Assembly: GCA_963716365.1 (NCBI GenBank)
Contig: OY970307.1
Coordinates: forward strand, 2,832,349 to 2,896,348
Reading direction: 5' to 3'
DNA length: 64,000 nt
DNA from: Candidatus Dormiibacterota bacterium
Lineage (GTDB): Bacteria > Chloroflexota > Dormibacteria > Aeolococcales > Aeolococcaceae
Below are positions 47,728 through 58,291 of this stretch, one piece after another. The stretch's first letter is position 1. Each line of letters starts with the position of its first letter. The translations under genes and the position numbers were made by a program. A model generated the notes under the pieces. That model had not been told where the DNA came from. It worked only from the letters and a program-made list of their open reading frames with translations, and did no database searches.

Positions 47728-47805
47728 GCGCCTATAGCTCAGCCCGGATAGAGCGTCTGACTACGGATCAGAAGGCCGGGGGTTCAAATCCTCCTGGGCG
47801 CACCA
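47728..47805 (+). tRNA. tRNA-Arg (anticodon ACG)
   Basis: The cloverleaf was folded by hand: acceptor GCGCCTA/TGGGCGC, D-stem GCTC/GAGC, anticodon stem TCTGA/TCAGA with loop CTACGGA (U33, ACG), T-arm GGGGG-TTCAAAT-CCTCC, discriminator A, encoded CCA. Confidence 0.85.
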
Positions 47806-47810
47806 CTCCC
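47751..47810 (+). repeat. attL-like copy of ~60-bp direct repeat (3-prime two-thirds of tRNA-Arg + 5 nt)
   Basis: GAGCGTCTGACTACGGATCAGAAGGCCGGGGGTTCAAATCCTCCTGGGCGCACCACTCCC recurs at 54184..54245, with one extra G and a GT/CG difference. Confidence 0.7.
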
Positions 47811-47949
47811 TTCCTTTCGCATTCCCAAGGAGTGAGGTCGAGGAGTTTTTAGGGCTGCTGAACGGCGTAATCATGACGCGCATCAGTCGCTCCATGGCAG
47901 CGGGTTCGTCGAAAAACCCGCTGTAACTCTCGGGGGTTCAGTGGCCAAG

Positions 47950-48607
47950 GTTCTAGCCGTCGTGCAGCCGCCCGCCCCCGAGCGCTATCTCCGGGGTGGT
48001 CCGGGAATTCGTCCATGAGAAACGGGCGGAGGGGCATCGCCCAAAACCGTCCGGACCTATGCCGACGTGCTGGAGGGCTGCTGCCACCAGCGAGCGCGAC
48101 AAGCTCATCGTCGGCCTGCTCGGTGACACGGGAATGCGCGTTGGCGAACTGCTCGCGCTCACGGCCGCCGACGTGCGCGTTGCCGGCGGCCGCAACCTGC
48201 TGATGGTTCGAGGCAAGAGGGACCGCGAGCGCCTGGTCCCCGTGCGGCCGGCTGTCGCACGACGTCTCTTGCGACACGCGACGAAGGCGCGCCCCGAGGA
48301 CGCATCGAGCTCGCGCATCTTCTCGGGAGTTGGAGATCTGCGCGGACCGGGAACCACGAGCCCCTGTCAGCCAGCGGCGTCGACCAGCTGATCCGCGACT
48401 TGGCGGGTGAGAGCCGGCATCAGCGAGCGTGTCTACCCGCATCTCTTCCGGCACTCGTTCATCACCAACTATCTGCGCAGTGGTGGCGATCCCATCCTAT
48501 GCGCTCAGGTGATGGGGCTCGAGACGCTCGCGATGATCACCAGCACCTATCAGCATCTCGTCGTTACGGATGCTGCAGTTGAGCTCATGCGGCTGCTCGA
48601 GCAGTAG
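47950..48607 (+). pseudogene. tyrosine recombinase (phage-type integrase) remnant, truncated and frameshifted
   Basis: The catalytic-domain pieces ..GLLGDTGMRVGELLALTAADV.. (Arg) and ..VYPHLFRHSFITNYLRSGGDPILCAQVMGLETLAMITSTYQHL.. (HxxR ... Y) lie in two frames (tool ORFs 47996..48391 and 48407..48607). The N-terminal core-binding domain is absent. Confidence 0.7.
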
Positions 48608-48860
48608 CTGCGGCGACGCACCGACGAGGCCAACGGCGTTGGCTTGAGGCTGCCGTCCTGCGTCGGATGCTCCTATGGCACCTATGTCCTCAAAGACACT
48701 AGTAGTCTGGCTCGGGAAATGGCCGAGTTAGATACGCCAGAATCACGGCGCCAACGGAACCCGCAGTCGCGCGCGGAGATCACTTCCCTACGTCAGAGTT
48801 GAAACTCGCTATGGAAAACTCTATGACAGCATCAGCGATGCTCTCGATACCGCAGACCCA

Positions 48861-49136
48861 ATGCGTGTCGTCTATCCGAACAATCCCAACGAGTACGAAG
48901 ACGTCGTTTGGGAGATCCTAGCTCAGATCGAAGCGCAAGCACTGACCGTGTTCCAGATCTCCCTGGAGGCGTGGCGTCGCATCGTCGAAGAAGCCCTCGC
49001 TCGGATGTTCGGAGAATGCACCAGATCAGGAAAGACTTGCGGCGGCGGCGAATCTGATCGAGTTCGGTGTCCGGGGTCTTCCGCGCGACGAATAATGTCG
49101 CGAGCCGTTACACACGCTAGCAGTCGGCCTGGCTAG
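48861..49136 (+). CDS. hypothetical protein (island cargo, lower GC)
   Basis: 91-aa ORF in a lower-GC stretch with no recognisable motif. The start is uncertain and may extend upstream. Confidence 0.3.
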   Translation: MRVVYPNNPNEYEDVVWEILAQIEAQALTVFQISLEAWRRIVEEALARMFGECTRSGKTCGGGESDRVRCPGSSARRIMSRAVTHASSRPG

Positions 49137-49393
49137 CTGGAAGAAGCCACCCGACACGGAGTCGCCGACGTATCTGGCCCGCACACGTGAGATCAAAGCG
49201 GAACAAGTTCGCTCCCCCTCGAACGTCCAGCTGCGCTGGATCTTCGTTCCGCTTCTCACTCCCACAACGAGTGTGGATGAAGACGCGGAGTGTGAGTGAG
49301 AATCGGGACCGGGGGAGCGAACTGGATTTGATGAAGGTGTGCATAGCAATGCCGCTCAACGCACAACGAGTTCGCGCTCGACGCTTGCGCCAT

Positions 49394-50399
49394 TCAACAC
49401 CGTAGAGAAAGAGTTGAGACGTTCCAGGTTTGAGGAGGTAGTCCAGGTCCTGCGACTGGGTATTGCCTACGGAGCGCAGGCTGATCCATGGCACCCTCGT
49501 TTCGTTGACGGCGTGACCATTTGCGTCCACCAGTTTCGGCGCTGGGATCGGAGGCAGCACCGGGACCATCGAAGATGCTCCCTGGAAGTACGGAGCCGTC
49601 CGCGTCCATGACGATCTCCACGAGTTTGGAATCGGTGATCGACACCCTCGGGAACGAGTAACGCAGACCGTCGACGTCAGCCGGCGCCCATCTGACGACG
49701 GTGGCCGGATGAGGCGTAATGACAAACGAGACCTGCCACGTGCCGGGCACCCTCACGATGTCCGGATCCGTTGCGGCGTCGCATGCGCACACGGTCCTCC
49801 AGTCTTTGGCTGTGAGGGTTAGGCGAGCGCCGACCGCAGCGGCCGGTCCGGAGATCGGAGAGAAATCAAAGAAGTCAGGCGTGCCGCCGTCGGTAAGGTT
49901 GGTTACGGCGAATTGCTCGAACCCCTGTTGGGAGTACGCGTGCCCAAATTGGTCGGTCAACACCAGAGAATCGAACACACCCGGGCTAGATCGAGGGCCA
50001 TAGACCTCGATCGTCAGGAGTGTGTGATTCTCGATCCGCGAACGCCGCCGTAACGGAAAGGCGGACCCCGCCATGCGCCGCTGTGGCGTAGATCACATTG
50101 ACATCGCCGACGCCGAGACCGCTCCATTTGACCAGGGCCCCGGCGCCCGGGATGTGACCCAGCGCATTGGCGTATGTCGGAAGGAAGTAGACGGCGGCGC
50201 CATTGATCAGTAGCGCTATAACCGCGACCAACGCGACCAGCAACGAAGCGCGGACACCACGGCGTCGGGTCCGCATATCATGGGCGCTGACCGTTTCTAC
50301 GGCAGCTGCTCGCGCTCGGTCGACCAGACCGGCCGGGACAGGGTGCCTCAGGGCTCGCAGCTGTTCACCCCAGGAATCGATCGCGCTTGGTGCGGTCAT
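49394..50399 (-). CDS. membrane-anchored anti-sigma factor-like protein (frame-disrupted)
   Basis: The start overlaps the ECF sigma stop (ATGA). The N-terminal cytoplasmic part + TM (..RASLLVALVAVIALLI..) is tool ORF 49986..50399. The extracytoplasmic domain continues in another frame (tool ORF 49394..50074). Confidence 0.45.
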
Positions 50400-50892
50400 G
50401 ACTTTTCCTCCAAGAGCGCCCGGCGCAGTGATTTCAATGCGCGATGTGCCGCGACGGCCGCTGCATTCGCTGAGATGCCCAAAGCGCTGCCGACCGCCAC
50501 ATAGTCGAGGTCTGCGCCGTAGCGCAGCGCAAGAACTGACCGCTGCGAAGACGTCAGGCGTCGTACCGCCGACAGAAGTTGCTCGTGATCAATGCCGACA
50601 GGGATGTCGCCAGGGGATGGAGGAACCCCACGCAGCCGGATTAAGACGCTCGAAGAGGAGTTGTCGGCGTTTGACCGCCCTCCCAGCATCGCGAGCGACA
50701 TTGACGACAATGCGCCACAGCCATGCCTCGACCTCGCCTCTCGAGGGGTCGAAACTCGGCAGGCCGACGCAACGCGCGCTCTAGCGCTGATTGCGCCAAG
50801 TCTTCCGCCTCGAGGTCGGTGCCGGCGACGAGCGCTGCGAACTGATAGACGCGCGCTGCGTAGCGATCGCACAGTTCGACAGCCGAGACCAC
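50396..50892 (-). CDS. ECF (sigma-70 family) RNA polymerase sigma factor (frame-disrupted)
   Basis: Region 2 (..ELCDRYAARVYQFAALVAGTDLEAEDLAQSAL..) is in tool ORF 50641..50892. Region 4 HTH (..LTSSQRSVLALRYGADLDYVAVGSALGISANAAAVAAHRALKSLR..) is in tool ORF 50396..50872. Confidence 0.55.
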
Positions 50893-51009
50893 GACGGGTC
50901 GAGCGGCCGATGTCTGCCAGGGGCCACTGAGCGGAGGCTCCGGGACCTGATCACGGAATCACAACGCTCCCTTGCCCGAGAAACATTACATTCCTCGCTC
51001 CACGTCCAC

Positions 51010-51785
51010 GTGCAGCGCTCCTGGGCGTCGGAGCAACTCGCTTGTTCCGTAGCCGCAGAGAACAGGGTTGTTCTATGGTGTCCGCGTGCCTTCTCTATTG
51101 CAACCGAGCGCCACCGTCGGCGCCTGCCCGCGAATGAAGAACGCGAAGTCGCGCGCGCGTTCACGGCCGATCGCGTTCGGGGGCTCACCGGGCTCAGCAA
51201 GCGTCAGATCCAGTACTGGGACGAGCAGGACTTCATTCGGCCAAGCCTGACGTCACGGCAGGGCCGTGGGCGGCGTCGTCTGTATAGCTTCCGTGACCTC
51301 GTGGCGCTCCGAACCGCTGCCGAGATCCGTTCGGCCGTGAGCCTTCAGCTGATCCGCAAGGTCGACGCGTACCTCAGGCAACTCGACTACGAGCACCCAA
51401 TGGCGGAAATCGCCTTTGAGATCGTCGGGGATGACCTCTTCTTCGAGGAAGCGGGCGCAGTAAGACATGCTCGCCGGCCGGAGCAGACAGTCTTGCGCGT
51501 CACGGTGCCGCTCGCTCACCTTGTGACCGACCTCGAGCGAAGGATTGCGAAACTGGACAAACGCGCCATTGGAAGCTTGAACGTCGGCGAAGCACACTCG
51601 GAGGAAAGCTGCTTATCGCAGGGACTCGGATCCCAGTCGCGACTATCCAGCGTATGCGGAGTGACGGCGCAAGTGAGGCAGCCATCCTCAAGCTCTTTCC
51701 TGACCTCACGCGCCGCGACGTCAAGGCTGCTCTCGCCGTGCCGCCGGAGGAAGCAGGACGCCGCCGTCCCGCCGAGGCAAGCTAA
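51010..51785 (+). CDS. MerR-type HTH protein fused to a DUF433 domain (apparent frameshift)
   Basis: The MerR-like HTH ..GLTGLSKRQIQYWDEQDFIRPS..GRGRRRLYSFRDLVALRTAAEI.. is in frame 1 (tool ORF 50791..51897). DUF433 ..LGGKLLIAGTRIPVATIQRMRSDGASEAAILKLFPDLTRRDVKAALA.. is in frame 0, ending TAA at 51785. Frame 0 has no start codon between the upstream stop (~51434) and the domain, so the two parts must be joined near 51570-51600. The N-terminal start is uncertain. Confidence 0.5.
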
Positions 51786-51811
51786 CCCTCGGCTTCTTTC
51801 TCGACCAGAAC

Positions 51812-52137
51812 ATGGTCGCCGACGTGGCAATGTTCCTCAACGGTCGCGGACACCGCAACGTTGGAGCTGCTGCGGCGGGTTTGGCGACGGCCGATGACCG
51901 TGACGTCGTCGAGTATTGCCTGACGAACGACCTAATCGTCGTGACATTCGACCTCGACTTTCGGGATGCGGTGTTGCGGGCGGGGTGCCGCTGCCTTTGC
52001 ATCCGTACTCCGGAACTCACCGCGCGTGAACGCCTCGCGGTTCAGTACAGCGAGGTCCTTCGGATTTTCGTGGACGGCGGCCGTCTCGCCACGATCCCGC
52101 AACGCGGCGATGCCTTCGAAGGTCGCAGGAGGTCTTG
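51812..52137 (+). CDS. DUF5615-family (PIN-like) protein, 3-prime end interrupted by IS3 element
   Basis: ..DDRDVVEYCLTNDLIVVTFDLDF.. is typical of DUF5615 partners of DUF433. The ORF reads through into the IS left end at 52138. Confidence 0.5.
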
Positions 52138-52188
52138 TGAACCGCCCCGGGAATCCTGGAGACTCTTTCACGCTAGAAGGAGCGACCA

Positions 52189-52505
52189 ATGGCCAAGCAG
52201 GGCAGGTATCCCCAGGAGCTGAGGGAGCGGGCGGTGCGCATGGTTCAGGAGCACCGCGGCGAGTACACGTCGGGTTGGCAGGCAACGCAGTCGATCGCCG
52301 GGAAGTTCGGTATGCACCCGGTGACGCTGCACGAGTGGGTGAAGCGGGCCGAGGTTGACGCTGGGCAGCGTGCTGGCCTCACGACGAGTGAGCGTGAGCG
52401 GCTGAAGCAACTGGAGCGTGAGAACCGCGAGCTGCGAAGAGCCAACGAGATCCTCAAGAGCGCCTCAGTTTTCTTCGCGACCGAGCTCGACGGTCGACGA
52501 CCGAG

Positions 52506-52509
<4 letters not shown>
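52189..52509 (+). CDS. IS3-family transposase OrfA (HTH + leucine zipper)
   Basis: [19 protein letters not shown].. ..[26 protein letters not shown] is the canonical IS3 OrfA. Confidence 0.85.
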
Positions 52510-53395
<886 letters not shown>

Positions 53396-53644
53396 TAACC
53401 CGAGTCTCTATGAAACCCGGGGCGGTTCACTGCAGAGGATCGCAAGGGATAAGTCAGGGTGACTGTTCCGTGGCCGTAACGAATGGAACTCCCATCCTCG
53501 CCAGGGTCGAATGCCGGGCGTCGCCTGGAGCCCTCGGCCGGTGCGAGGATAAAGAACTCCCGAGTTGTGGTCAGTACGTGCCGACGTCTTGTATGTGAGG
53601 AGCCTGCTGCGAGCGACTGAACGGCCTTCGTAGAGCCGATGGAC

Positions 53645-53887
53645 TCAGCCTCTGAACGCAGCTGCGATACCAGCTACGAGCATAAACGCCGCTAGAACGA
53701 GGCCGCCGACCAATGCCACCTTCATATCGCGTCGGCGCTGTGCCAACACGTCGACTGTCACCGGCCGACGCCGTAAGCTGATGATGCTCCGCGAGATCTG
53801 GTCGAGGTATGTGTCGCTCCTTAGGCCCCAGATGCAGAAGATCGAGAGAACGGCCCCAAAAGCGGCGAGCAATAAGTACGACGCCAC
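53645..53887 (-). CDS. small hypothetical membrane protein
   Basis: 80 aa with two hydrophobic helices, in a lower-GC island region. Confidence 0.3.
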   Translation of the reverse strand: MASYLLLAAFGAVLSIFCIWGLRSDTYLDQISRSIISLRRRPVTVDVLAQRRRDMKVALVGGLVLAAFMLVAGIAAAFRG

Positions 53888-54183
53888 GGTATGTAGGACC
53901 GTTATCGCAGCGAAACGTCGGGAGCATTTGTGAATTGTCGGGGGCTCGGTAGGCGTCAGCGCCTATCGTGATCTCTTCGCTACAAGGCGACCCATCATGG
54001 CGGATCTCCAATCAGCTGCGATGTAGGAACTCCTCCTGGCCGCGGGTTGGCCGAACGTGACGCTACGCCTGTTTTCGGCGGATCGCTCCGAAACATCGAC
54101 AAGTAACATCAGTCGCGCTACAGCAGCGGTGCCGATAGCAAGTTGCGACGCTGCAATGATCTGAAAGTTGGCTTCAAGAGCCA

Positions 54184-54245
54184 GAGCGTCTGGACTACGG
54201 ATCAGAAGGCCGGGGGTTCAAATCCTCCTGGGGTGCACCACTCCC
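54184..54245 (+). repeat. attR-like direct repeat of the tRNA-Arg 3-prime portion
   Basis: GAGCGTCTGGACTACGGATCAGAAGGCCGGGGGTTCAAATCCTCCTGGGGTGCACCACTCCC. It is not a complete tRNA (no 5-prime acceptor or D arm). Confidence 0.7.
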
Positions 54246-54292
54246 CTCCATCGGCCCATGTCGGTGTCCTGGTTCTCTGCTCGAGTCTCAGT

Positions 54293-55140
54293 CATGGCTA
54301 GGATTGGAGCCTGCGCCTTCTGCGGAGCCCATGGCGAACTCGACGAGGAGCACTTTATCGGGAAGCGCTTCCGCAAGTCTTCACAGTCAAGTCCCATCCG
54401 GGGCTATGCCCAGAAGATCATGCCTTTCGACGCGCCGTCTTCTTCCCCTCCGACTCCAACAGGAGCGAAGGGCTAGGAGTCCCGTTGGCAGATTGACGGT
54501 CCAAGTCGGAAAGAACTGCTGTAACAACGCCTGGATGAGAGAGTTGGATGGAGCTGCTGCTCCCATTCCTCAACGGAGTGCTAACGTCCGAGCCGAGGGC
54601 TCTTCAGCGACCGATGCTTTCGGTTATCAGCGGTTGGGGCGGCCAAGGTCGCGGCCTTGTATGAACTGAGCGGTCGGAACACCACGGACATGCCCGAACT
54701 GGACGCCACGATTGCAGCGCGGCGTCACATCAAGACATCGGCATCCACCCGTAGGAATGTCAGTTTGGCTCGCCGCGACAGAATGGACGGACACATTACC
54801 GACGCTCGACCTCACTATCTTCGAGCGGGGGGTTAAAGGTCACCCGCAAATGTGGGAGGAATCCCATGCGGCGACAATCATTTTCGGGCACCTCGTTATC
54901 CAGACGTTCGCCAGTCCCGACCTTGAGGAGATGTTTCCCCATGGTCCTGTGGGCGAGCGGCTCATGCACATCTGGCCCGACCCTCCAAAGAGACTTACGT
55001 GGCCTACCGGGAAGTTGCTCACCATGGACGAGGCTCTGCTCCTGGGACGCTCATTCGAACTCTCATTCAGCGGCCGACTGCGCCGGAAACCCGGAGCTAA
55101 GCCTTCCAAGCTTCCTGATTCCACTACAGACGGTGTTTAG
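54293..55140 (+). pseudogene. degraded gene, N-terminal HNH-nuclease-like Cys/His motif, split over three frames
   Basis: MARIGACAFCGAHGELDEEHFIGKRF.. (CxxC..EEH). The downstream pieces are in tool ORFs 54304..54669 and 54712..55140. The region has lower GC and no single long ORF. Confidence 0.35.
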
Positions 55141-55361
55141 CTCCGGGTGCGGGGTTATTCGCCAATCCGTACAACGCCGGCATCCCGCCGGTACTTCAAC
55201 TCGCCGCGACGCCTTCGAATGTGGAGGCAGTCGGCGGCAGGTCGCAAGGCGTTATCGGGTTGACCGCGCGTCGCCGCGACGCGTACAGACCTTGCCAAGG
55301 TAGGTGGTGCGACACGCTATAGCTGGCGAGGCCTGATCGTCGTGCACGAGGTAGCTGCTCT

Positions 55362-55601
55362 GTGAGTTCCGTTCCCAACACTTCCATAATCGTCCAGAAC
55401 AGCAGTGGGCGCGACTGTGGCGTCTCTATCGAGCCGTGGGGCGACCACCGGGTCGTTGCGTCAGGGGAAACGCTGTCCGCGCAGAGCGGCCGCCCTTTGG
55501 GCAACGACTGGACGATCGAAGTTACACCCACAGGCATCACGCTATACAAGGAAGGGTCATACGAGGTCAGGCTCGACGTGTCGACCGCGCCGTCGGAGTA
55601 G
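55362..55601 (+). CDS. small hypothetical protein
   Basis: 79-aa ORF (MSSVPNTSIIVQNSSGRDCGVSIEPWGDHRVV..) with a codon-usage-consistent Ser/Thr-rich N-terminus. No family recognised. Confidence 0.3.
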   Translation: MSSVPNTSIIVQNSSGRDCGVSIEPWGDHRVVASGETLSAQSGRPLGNDWTIEVTPTGITLYKEGSYEVRLDVSTAPSE

Positions 55602-55725
55602 ACCTGATTCGTCCGACTGGCGCACCGCCGTCCGTCTGACGCGTCCTCGCTGCGCCCATGAGCGCCGCATCCCGAACTCCGAGACCACAGTTGCGTTCTC
55701 GGCCGGAGGACATCGTGCCGACACG

Positions 55726-56412
55726 TCAGATGAGCAGCTTCTTTCTCGCGACGAACCACCACGCTCCCAACGCAAGAAGCAGGAAGACGAACCCGCCGAT
55801 GATGCCTTCAGGTAGCGGGTCGTTTCCCTTGGCCCCGGGGTTGAATGCCGCATAGATCCCAATGAGGAATCCAACTGCTGTGGCCACTACGGTCACCGCG
55901 AACCATCCGACCGACATCGCGCGTGGCGCCTCCTCGGGAAGTGCTCGCTCGAGTGGGATTGTCGGATCACCGGGCAGCTCGGGAGAGGCCGGCGACGCCG
56001 CATGCGGCCATCTCGCCACGCCGACGATGAGTATGAGGATGCCGGAGAGCAGGACGAACATCCCCGTTCGAGACGTCTCCAGAGCGCTGTAGTCGCCGGT
56101 GGTGAAGTCCCCGGGCACGAAGAGCGTCCATCCTCCCAGCGGGAGTACGAGAACGCCGATGGCGATGCAGAGGATCGACGCTCGTTTGGACCAACGCATC
56201 CGAGGCCTGAGGGCCGCAGCGCCCGATGGCTCGTCGAAGCGCCGAAACCCAGTGCCAATCGCCGTGGTCACGGCGCACGCGGCCACCGTGACGAGCACCG
56301 CAGAGAAATAAGGGAGTTCGACCCATGCAAACGCCGTGACGGCAACGGTGCCCACGGTCGCGCCGAGCAAAAACCATCGCCTACTGGCGACGAGGCCCTT
56401 CCGACAGCTCAT
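55726..56412 (-). CDS. hypothetical membrane protein
   Basis: 228 aa with about 6 TM helices. It lies downstream of the BNR/MoaD pair on the same strand. Confidence 0.45.
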   Translation of the reverse strand: MSCRKGLVASRRWFLLGATVGTVAVTAFAWVELPYFSAVLVTVAACAVTTAIGTGFRRFDEPSGAAALRPRMRWSKRASILCIAIGVLVLPLGGWTLFVPGDFTTGDYSALETSRTGMFVLLSGILILIVGVARWPHAASPASPELPGDPTIPLERALPEEAPRAMSVGWFAVTVVATAVGFLIGIYAAFNPGAKGNDPLPEGIIGGFVFLLLALGAWWFVARKKLLI

Positions 56413-56492
56413 CGAAAGATGAGGCTACCCATCATTCCGGATGACGACCCCGCCGGAACACGTTTGTCATTGAACCGGCGTACGGCTCTGGC

Positions 56493-56768
56493 TCAGCCTC
56501 CCGAGACGGCAGGGGCGACAAAGACCTCGGCACCGTCGGGCACAGGTGTCTCCATCGCCGCGCCCGTACGGACGCTGACGCCGTCGACGAACAGGAGGAC
56601 GTGCGGTCGAAGCTCGCCGCGCTCGTCACGCAACTTTCGCTCGAGCTGCGGATTGCGTTGGGCGAGATCGTCGAGCGCCGCACCGAGCGTGGCGCCGGTG
56701 ATCTCCAGCTCATTCTGGTCGCCCGCGTAGCGGCGTAGCGCAGCCGGAATGAGGAGGCGCGAGGTCAC
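56493..56768 (-). CDS. MoaD/ThiS-family beta-grasp sulfur-carrier-like protein (C-terminal GG)
   Basis: 91 aa. ..VLLFVDGVSVRTG..TPVPDGAEVFVAPAVSGG ends in Gly-Gly, like MoaD/CysO. The start overlaps the BNR gene stop by 4 nt. Confidence 0.75.
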   Translation of the reverse strand: MTSRLLIPAALRRYAGDQNELEITGATLGAALDDLAQRNPQLERKLRDERGELRPHVLLFVDGVSVRTGAAMETPVPDGAEVFVAPAVSGG

Positions 56769-57862
56769 GCTACCTGCGCGACCCTCACCGAAAGAATGTC
56801 GGGGAGGTGGTTCGCGACCATGGTCCAGGTGTTCCCGTCGTCTCGGCTCGCATAGACCTCGCCGAGCCGGGTCCCGAAATAGATTCCCGCCGGATCTGAA
56901 ACGTCCGCGACCATCGAGTCGCGCAGCACTGCCGCATAGTACGGATCTGTAGGGAGCCCATCAGAGAGCGGCTCCCAGTTGTCGCCGCCGTTCTCTGTGC
57001 GGTAGACGCGGCACTTCGCGTCAGGTGGGAAGCGCTCCGCGTCGGCCTGGAGCGGAAACAGGTAGACGGTGTCGGGCTGATGCGGATGTACCACGAGCGA
57101 GAAACCGAAGTTGCTCGGGAGACCTGTCTCGATGGCGGTCCAGGAATCGCCGCGGTCGTCACTGCGATACACGCCGAAATGGTTCTGTGCGTAGAGGCGA
57201 TCGGGGCGGCTTGGATGAAACGCCACCTTGTGCACGCACTGTCCGAACTCCGGAAATCGCTGCTCCTCGGGAAGGAAGGCAGCCTGTATGCCTCGGTTCG
57301 CCGGGGACCAAGTCTTGCCCCCGTCCCGTGTTCGGTAGACGCCGGCGGCTGACATCGCGACCAGCACGTCGTCGGGGTCGGTCGGATGGGGGAGCACGGT
57401 ATGGAGGCAGGCACCCCCTCCGCCTGGCTCCCATTCGGGCCGGTGCGGATGCTGCCAGAGACCCTCGACGAGCGCGAAATGCTCGCCGCCGTCCTCGGAT
57501 CGGAAGAGCGCATGCGGCTCGACCCCTGCGTAGACGACGTCGGGTTCCTGCGCGGCCGACGGCTGAATCTGCCACACGCGCGCCACCGCCGCGTCTGTCC
57601 CTGCGGGGAATCCGATTGGCGGCTGCTCGGGCTCCGACCAGGATGCACCGAGGTCATCCGAGTACGTCAACAGCGGCCCCCAGTGCCCCGTGCCCACGCC
57701 CGCGAGGACGCGCGGCGTGTCACGACGGAGATCCGCCGCGACCGAGTACACCTCCTGGTTCTTGAACTGGAAGTCGTCAGTCGACCAGGTCTGGCGGTCG
57801 TCTGTGCTGCGCGCGATCAACAAACCCTTGCGGGTTCCGATCAACAGAAGCGTCAGTCCCAT
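56765..57862 (-). CDS. BNR/Asp-box repeat beta-propeller protein (sialidase-like fold, function unknown)
   Basis: Repeated SxDxGxTW/Asp-box motifs (SDDLGASWS, SEDGGEHF, TRDGGKTWS, SDDRGDSWT, TENGGDNWE, SRDDGNTWT). Start set at MGLTLLLIGTRKG, with a GGAGGTG SD upstream. Confidence 0.7.
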   Translation of the reverse strand: MGLTLLLIGTRKGLLIARSTDDRQTWSTDDFQFKNQEVYSVAADLRRDTPRVLAGVGTGHWGPLLTYSDDLGASWSEPEQPPIGFPAGTDAAVARVWQIQPSAAQEPDVVYAGVEPHALFRSEDGGEHFALVEGLWQHPHRPEWEPGGGGACLHTVLPHPTDPDDVLVAMSAAGVYRTRDGGKTWSPANRGIQAAFLPEEQRFPEFGQCVHKVAFHPSRPDRLYAQNHFGVYRSDDRGDSWTAIETGLPSNFGFSLVVHPHQPDTVYLFPLQADAERFPPDAKCRVYRTENGGDNWEPLSDGLPTDPYYAAVLRDSMVADVSDPAGIYFGTRLGEVYASRDDGNTWTMVANHLPDILSVRVAQVA

Positions 57863-57936
57863 GGACCACCTCCACTCATTACCTGGCCGGGCGGAGTTTA
57901 TCCCTCGTATGCTGCATTCATGCAAGGGAACGCCGG

Positions 57937-58291
57937 GTGATGACCGGCATCGGCGGCCATCTGCCCTTCCTCGTCCTCCTGTTCCCACTCGCGTGGATCG
58001 CGGGCTTCGTGTACTGGATCGTCGCGATCGTCGAGGTGGCGCAAACCCCCGGCTGGCAGTTCAAGGCCGTCGGAAGCGACAAAACGGCCTGGGTGCTCAT
58101 CGTGGTGCTTCTGGGGATCATCGGAGCGTTGATCTGGCTGTTCGCCAAACGGTCGGCCGTCAAGGCTGCGAGTTCATGCGATTCCCCCGCCGCCCGCGGG
58201 GTGGTATCCCGAGCCGGGGATCGGATCGCTGCGGTGGTGGGACGGTGTCCGCTGGTCTGACGTGCGTCACTTCCCGCCGCCTTCCGCCTAG
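57937..58291 (+). CDS. PLDc_N-domain small membrane protein with C-terminal DUF2510-like motif (apparent frameshift)
   Basis: Two TM helices ..FVYWIVAIVEVAQTPGWQFKAVGSDKTAWVLIVVLLGIIGALIWLF.. (PLDc_N). After a C5 run at 58184-58188, the reading continues in the +1 frame as PPPAGWYPEPGIGSLRWWDGVRWSDV.. (DUF2510 GWYPDP..RYWDG..W motif), ending TAG at 58291. Confidence 0.6.

Noticed and set aside
54184-54245. A possible second tRNA gene.
   Set aside because: Only the anticodon, T-arm and 3-prime acceptor portion are present. There is no 5-prime acceptor strand or D-arm. It is an att-site repeat, not a functional tRNA.
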